From assembly GCA_041587615.1 (NCBI GenBank), contig JBFGYD010000003.1:1-17590 (forward strand): DNA of 17,590 nucleotides. Direction: 5' to 3'. Within the stretch, counting starts at the first letter, position 1. The number at the start of each line of letters is the position of its first letter. This DNA is from Lysobacterales bacterium. Its GTDB lineage: Bacteria > Pseudomonadota > Gammaproteobacteria > Xanthomonadales > SZUA-38. The translations under genes were made by a program, and so were the position numbers. Below are positions 17,028 to 17,590 of this stretch, in pieces. The notes beneath the pieces were generated by a model. It was given only the letters and a program-made list of their open reading frames with translations, was not told the origin of the DNA and did no database searches.

Positions 17028-17100
17028 AGCGGAACGCGGGAATCGAACCCGCCACCAGCGAAGGTTGGCTCGCTGCTCTACCTGCTGAGCTAGTTCCACT
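17028..17100 (-). tRNA. tRNA-like element with good D-arm, T-arm and acceptor but a 6-nt anticodon loop and no encoded CCA (candidate pseudo-tRNA)
   Basis: Minus-strand sequence GTGGAAC-TA-GCTC-AGCAGGTA-GAGC-A-GCGAG-CCAACC-TTCGC-TGGTG-GCGGG-TTCGATT-CCCGC-GTTCCGC-T. The best anticodon stem leaves only 6 loop nucleotides. Confidence 0.35.
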
Positions 17101-17276
17101 TTAGAATCGAGAAACCCACATTCGCCCGATACACACCGTGCGATCGATAGCCTGAGTGCGCCGGCCGGTGCCTGAGAGCCCGTGCCTCTGGACGCCGTAT
17201 GACCTCTCGATCTTTTGCGGCCGCACTGCAGCTGCAAAATCTGTAAAGCGTTGCCTTTTCGGATTACTCGATTCGG

Positions 17277-17354
17277 TGGTAGCCGCCCCCGGATTCGAAC
17301 CGGGAAACGCCTGCTTCTGAGACAGGCAGGTATGCCAATTCCCGTCAGACGGCC
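17277..17354 (-). tRNA. tRNA-like gene with non-canonical D-arm; possible anticodon CAG but class-I architecture (candidate pseudo or atypical tRNA)
   Basis: Lies 6 nt downstream (on the - strand) of the previous tRNA. Intact T-arm CCCGG-TTCGAAT-CCGGG, acceptor GGCCGTC/GGCGGCT (two G-U pairs), discriminator A and encoded CCA. Anticodon arm CCTGT-CTCAGAA-GCAGG. I could not form a standard D-stem; the D-loop-like AATTGGCA is present. Confidence 0.4.
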
Positions 17355-17360
17355 AGAGTC

Positions 17361-17436
17361 TGGTACGGCCAGCAGGACTCGAACCTGCACCTCCGACCTT
17401 CGCAAGGTCGCGCTCTCTCCGTTGAGCTACAGCCGT
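17361..17436 (-). tRNA. tRNA with canonical cloverleaf and encoded CCA; hand-folded anticodon loop TTGCGAA (anticodon GCG, reads Arg CGC/CGU; unusual, needs verification)
   Basis: Minus-strand sequence ACGGCTG-TA-GCTC-AACGGAGA-GAGC-G-CGACC-TTGCGAA-GGTCG-GAGGT-GCAGG-TTCGAGT-CCTGC-TGGCCGT-A-CCA. All four stems pair, including two G-U pairs in the acceptor. T-loop TTCGAGT. Confidence 0.6.
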
Positions 17437-17439
17437 AGG

Positions 17440-17475
17440 AAAAGGGTCAGAGCCCTTTTTGAAGGGCTCTGACCC
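17440..17475 (-). terminator. Rho-independent terminator of SPFH paralog 2, abutting the 5' end of the tRNA at 17436
   Basis: Perfect 12-bp stem GGGTCAGAGCCC / GGGCTCTGACCC with 8-nt loop, followed on the - strand by TTTT (17443-17440). Confidence 0.65.
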
Positions 17476-17488
17476 CGACTTGCCGAAC

Positions 17489-17590
17489 TCACTGCTTCAT
17501 GCGAACCAGGTCGTTCAGCACCGAGTCGAGACCACCGTATACCGAGATGGTGCCGATCTTCTCGGTCACCTTCTCCAGCGTCTCCAGCTC
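17489..17590 (-). CDS. C-terminal end of a second SPFH/band-7 paralog (rest of gene beyond window)
   Basis: Minus-strand translation ELETLEKVTEKIGTISVYGGLDSVLNDLVRMKQ* parallels the C-terminus of the 15430-16572 protein (ELEALEKVTENIGTLSVYGGLDGVLNELVRIKR*). Stop at 17489-17491. Confidence 0.65.
   Translation of the reverse strand, partial: ELETLEKVTEKIGTISVYGGLDSVLNDLVRMKQ

Noticed and set aside
16481-17104. 207-aa + strand ORF across the SPFH-1 leader and tRNA-like element
   Set aside because: Arg/Pro-rich junk composition that runs through a tRNA-like gene; no SD.
17028-17354. Possibility that the tRNA-like pieces plus the 175-nt spacer form a (permuted) tmRNA
   Set aside because: The 5' part of element A begins GGCCGTCTGACGGG, reminiscent of the tmRNA 5' acceptor and D-analog. 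However, no tag-peptide reading frame ending in ALAA-stop is present on the - strand, the acceptor strands of the two elements are not mutually complementary, and element A has its own complete acceptor pairing.
1-17590. CRISPR arrays, IS elements and transposases
   Set aside because: No regularly spaced direct repeats, no transposase-like ORF and no terminal-IR-flanked ORF seen. The only notable IR (7941-8023) encloses 35 nt of non-coding sequence.

Overview
High-GC (roughly 65-70%) bacterial chromosomal window with two parts. Positions 1-6722 hold a conserved, + strand core: the 3' end of a carboxylesterase gene translationally overlapped with an AlgZ/LytS-type sensor kinase gene, a LytTR-type AlgR-like response regulator, and hemC-hemD-hemX-hemY. 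This is the algZ-algR-hemCDXY synteny known from Pseudomonas-like gammaproteobacteria. An AT-rich convergent intergenic region follows, and positions 6964-17590 form a lower-GC accessory stretch encoded mostly on the - strand. In order it contains: a secreted TPR protein with an unassigned C-terminal domain; a secreted PPP-type metallophosphoesterase with a long unassigned C-terminal extension, divergently paired with a secreted protein carrying kinase-like motif spacing; an apparent 4-gene operon (flavoprotein disulfide reductase, polytopic membrane protein, SdiA-regulated/phytase-like beta-propeller lipoprotein, alpha/beta hydrolase) preceded by a coding-like in-frame 5' extension; and two paralogous SPFH/band-7 genes flanking a cluster of three tRNA/tRNA-like elements, two of which do not fold canonically by hand. 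No CRISPR array, IS element or integrase is visible. All family assignments are from motifs read by eye and need HMM or BLAST confirmation.
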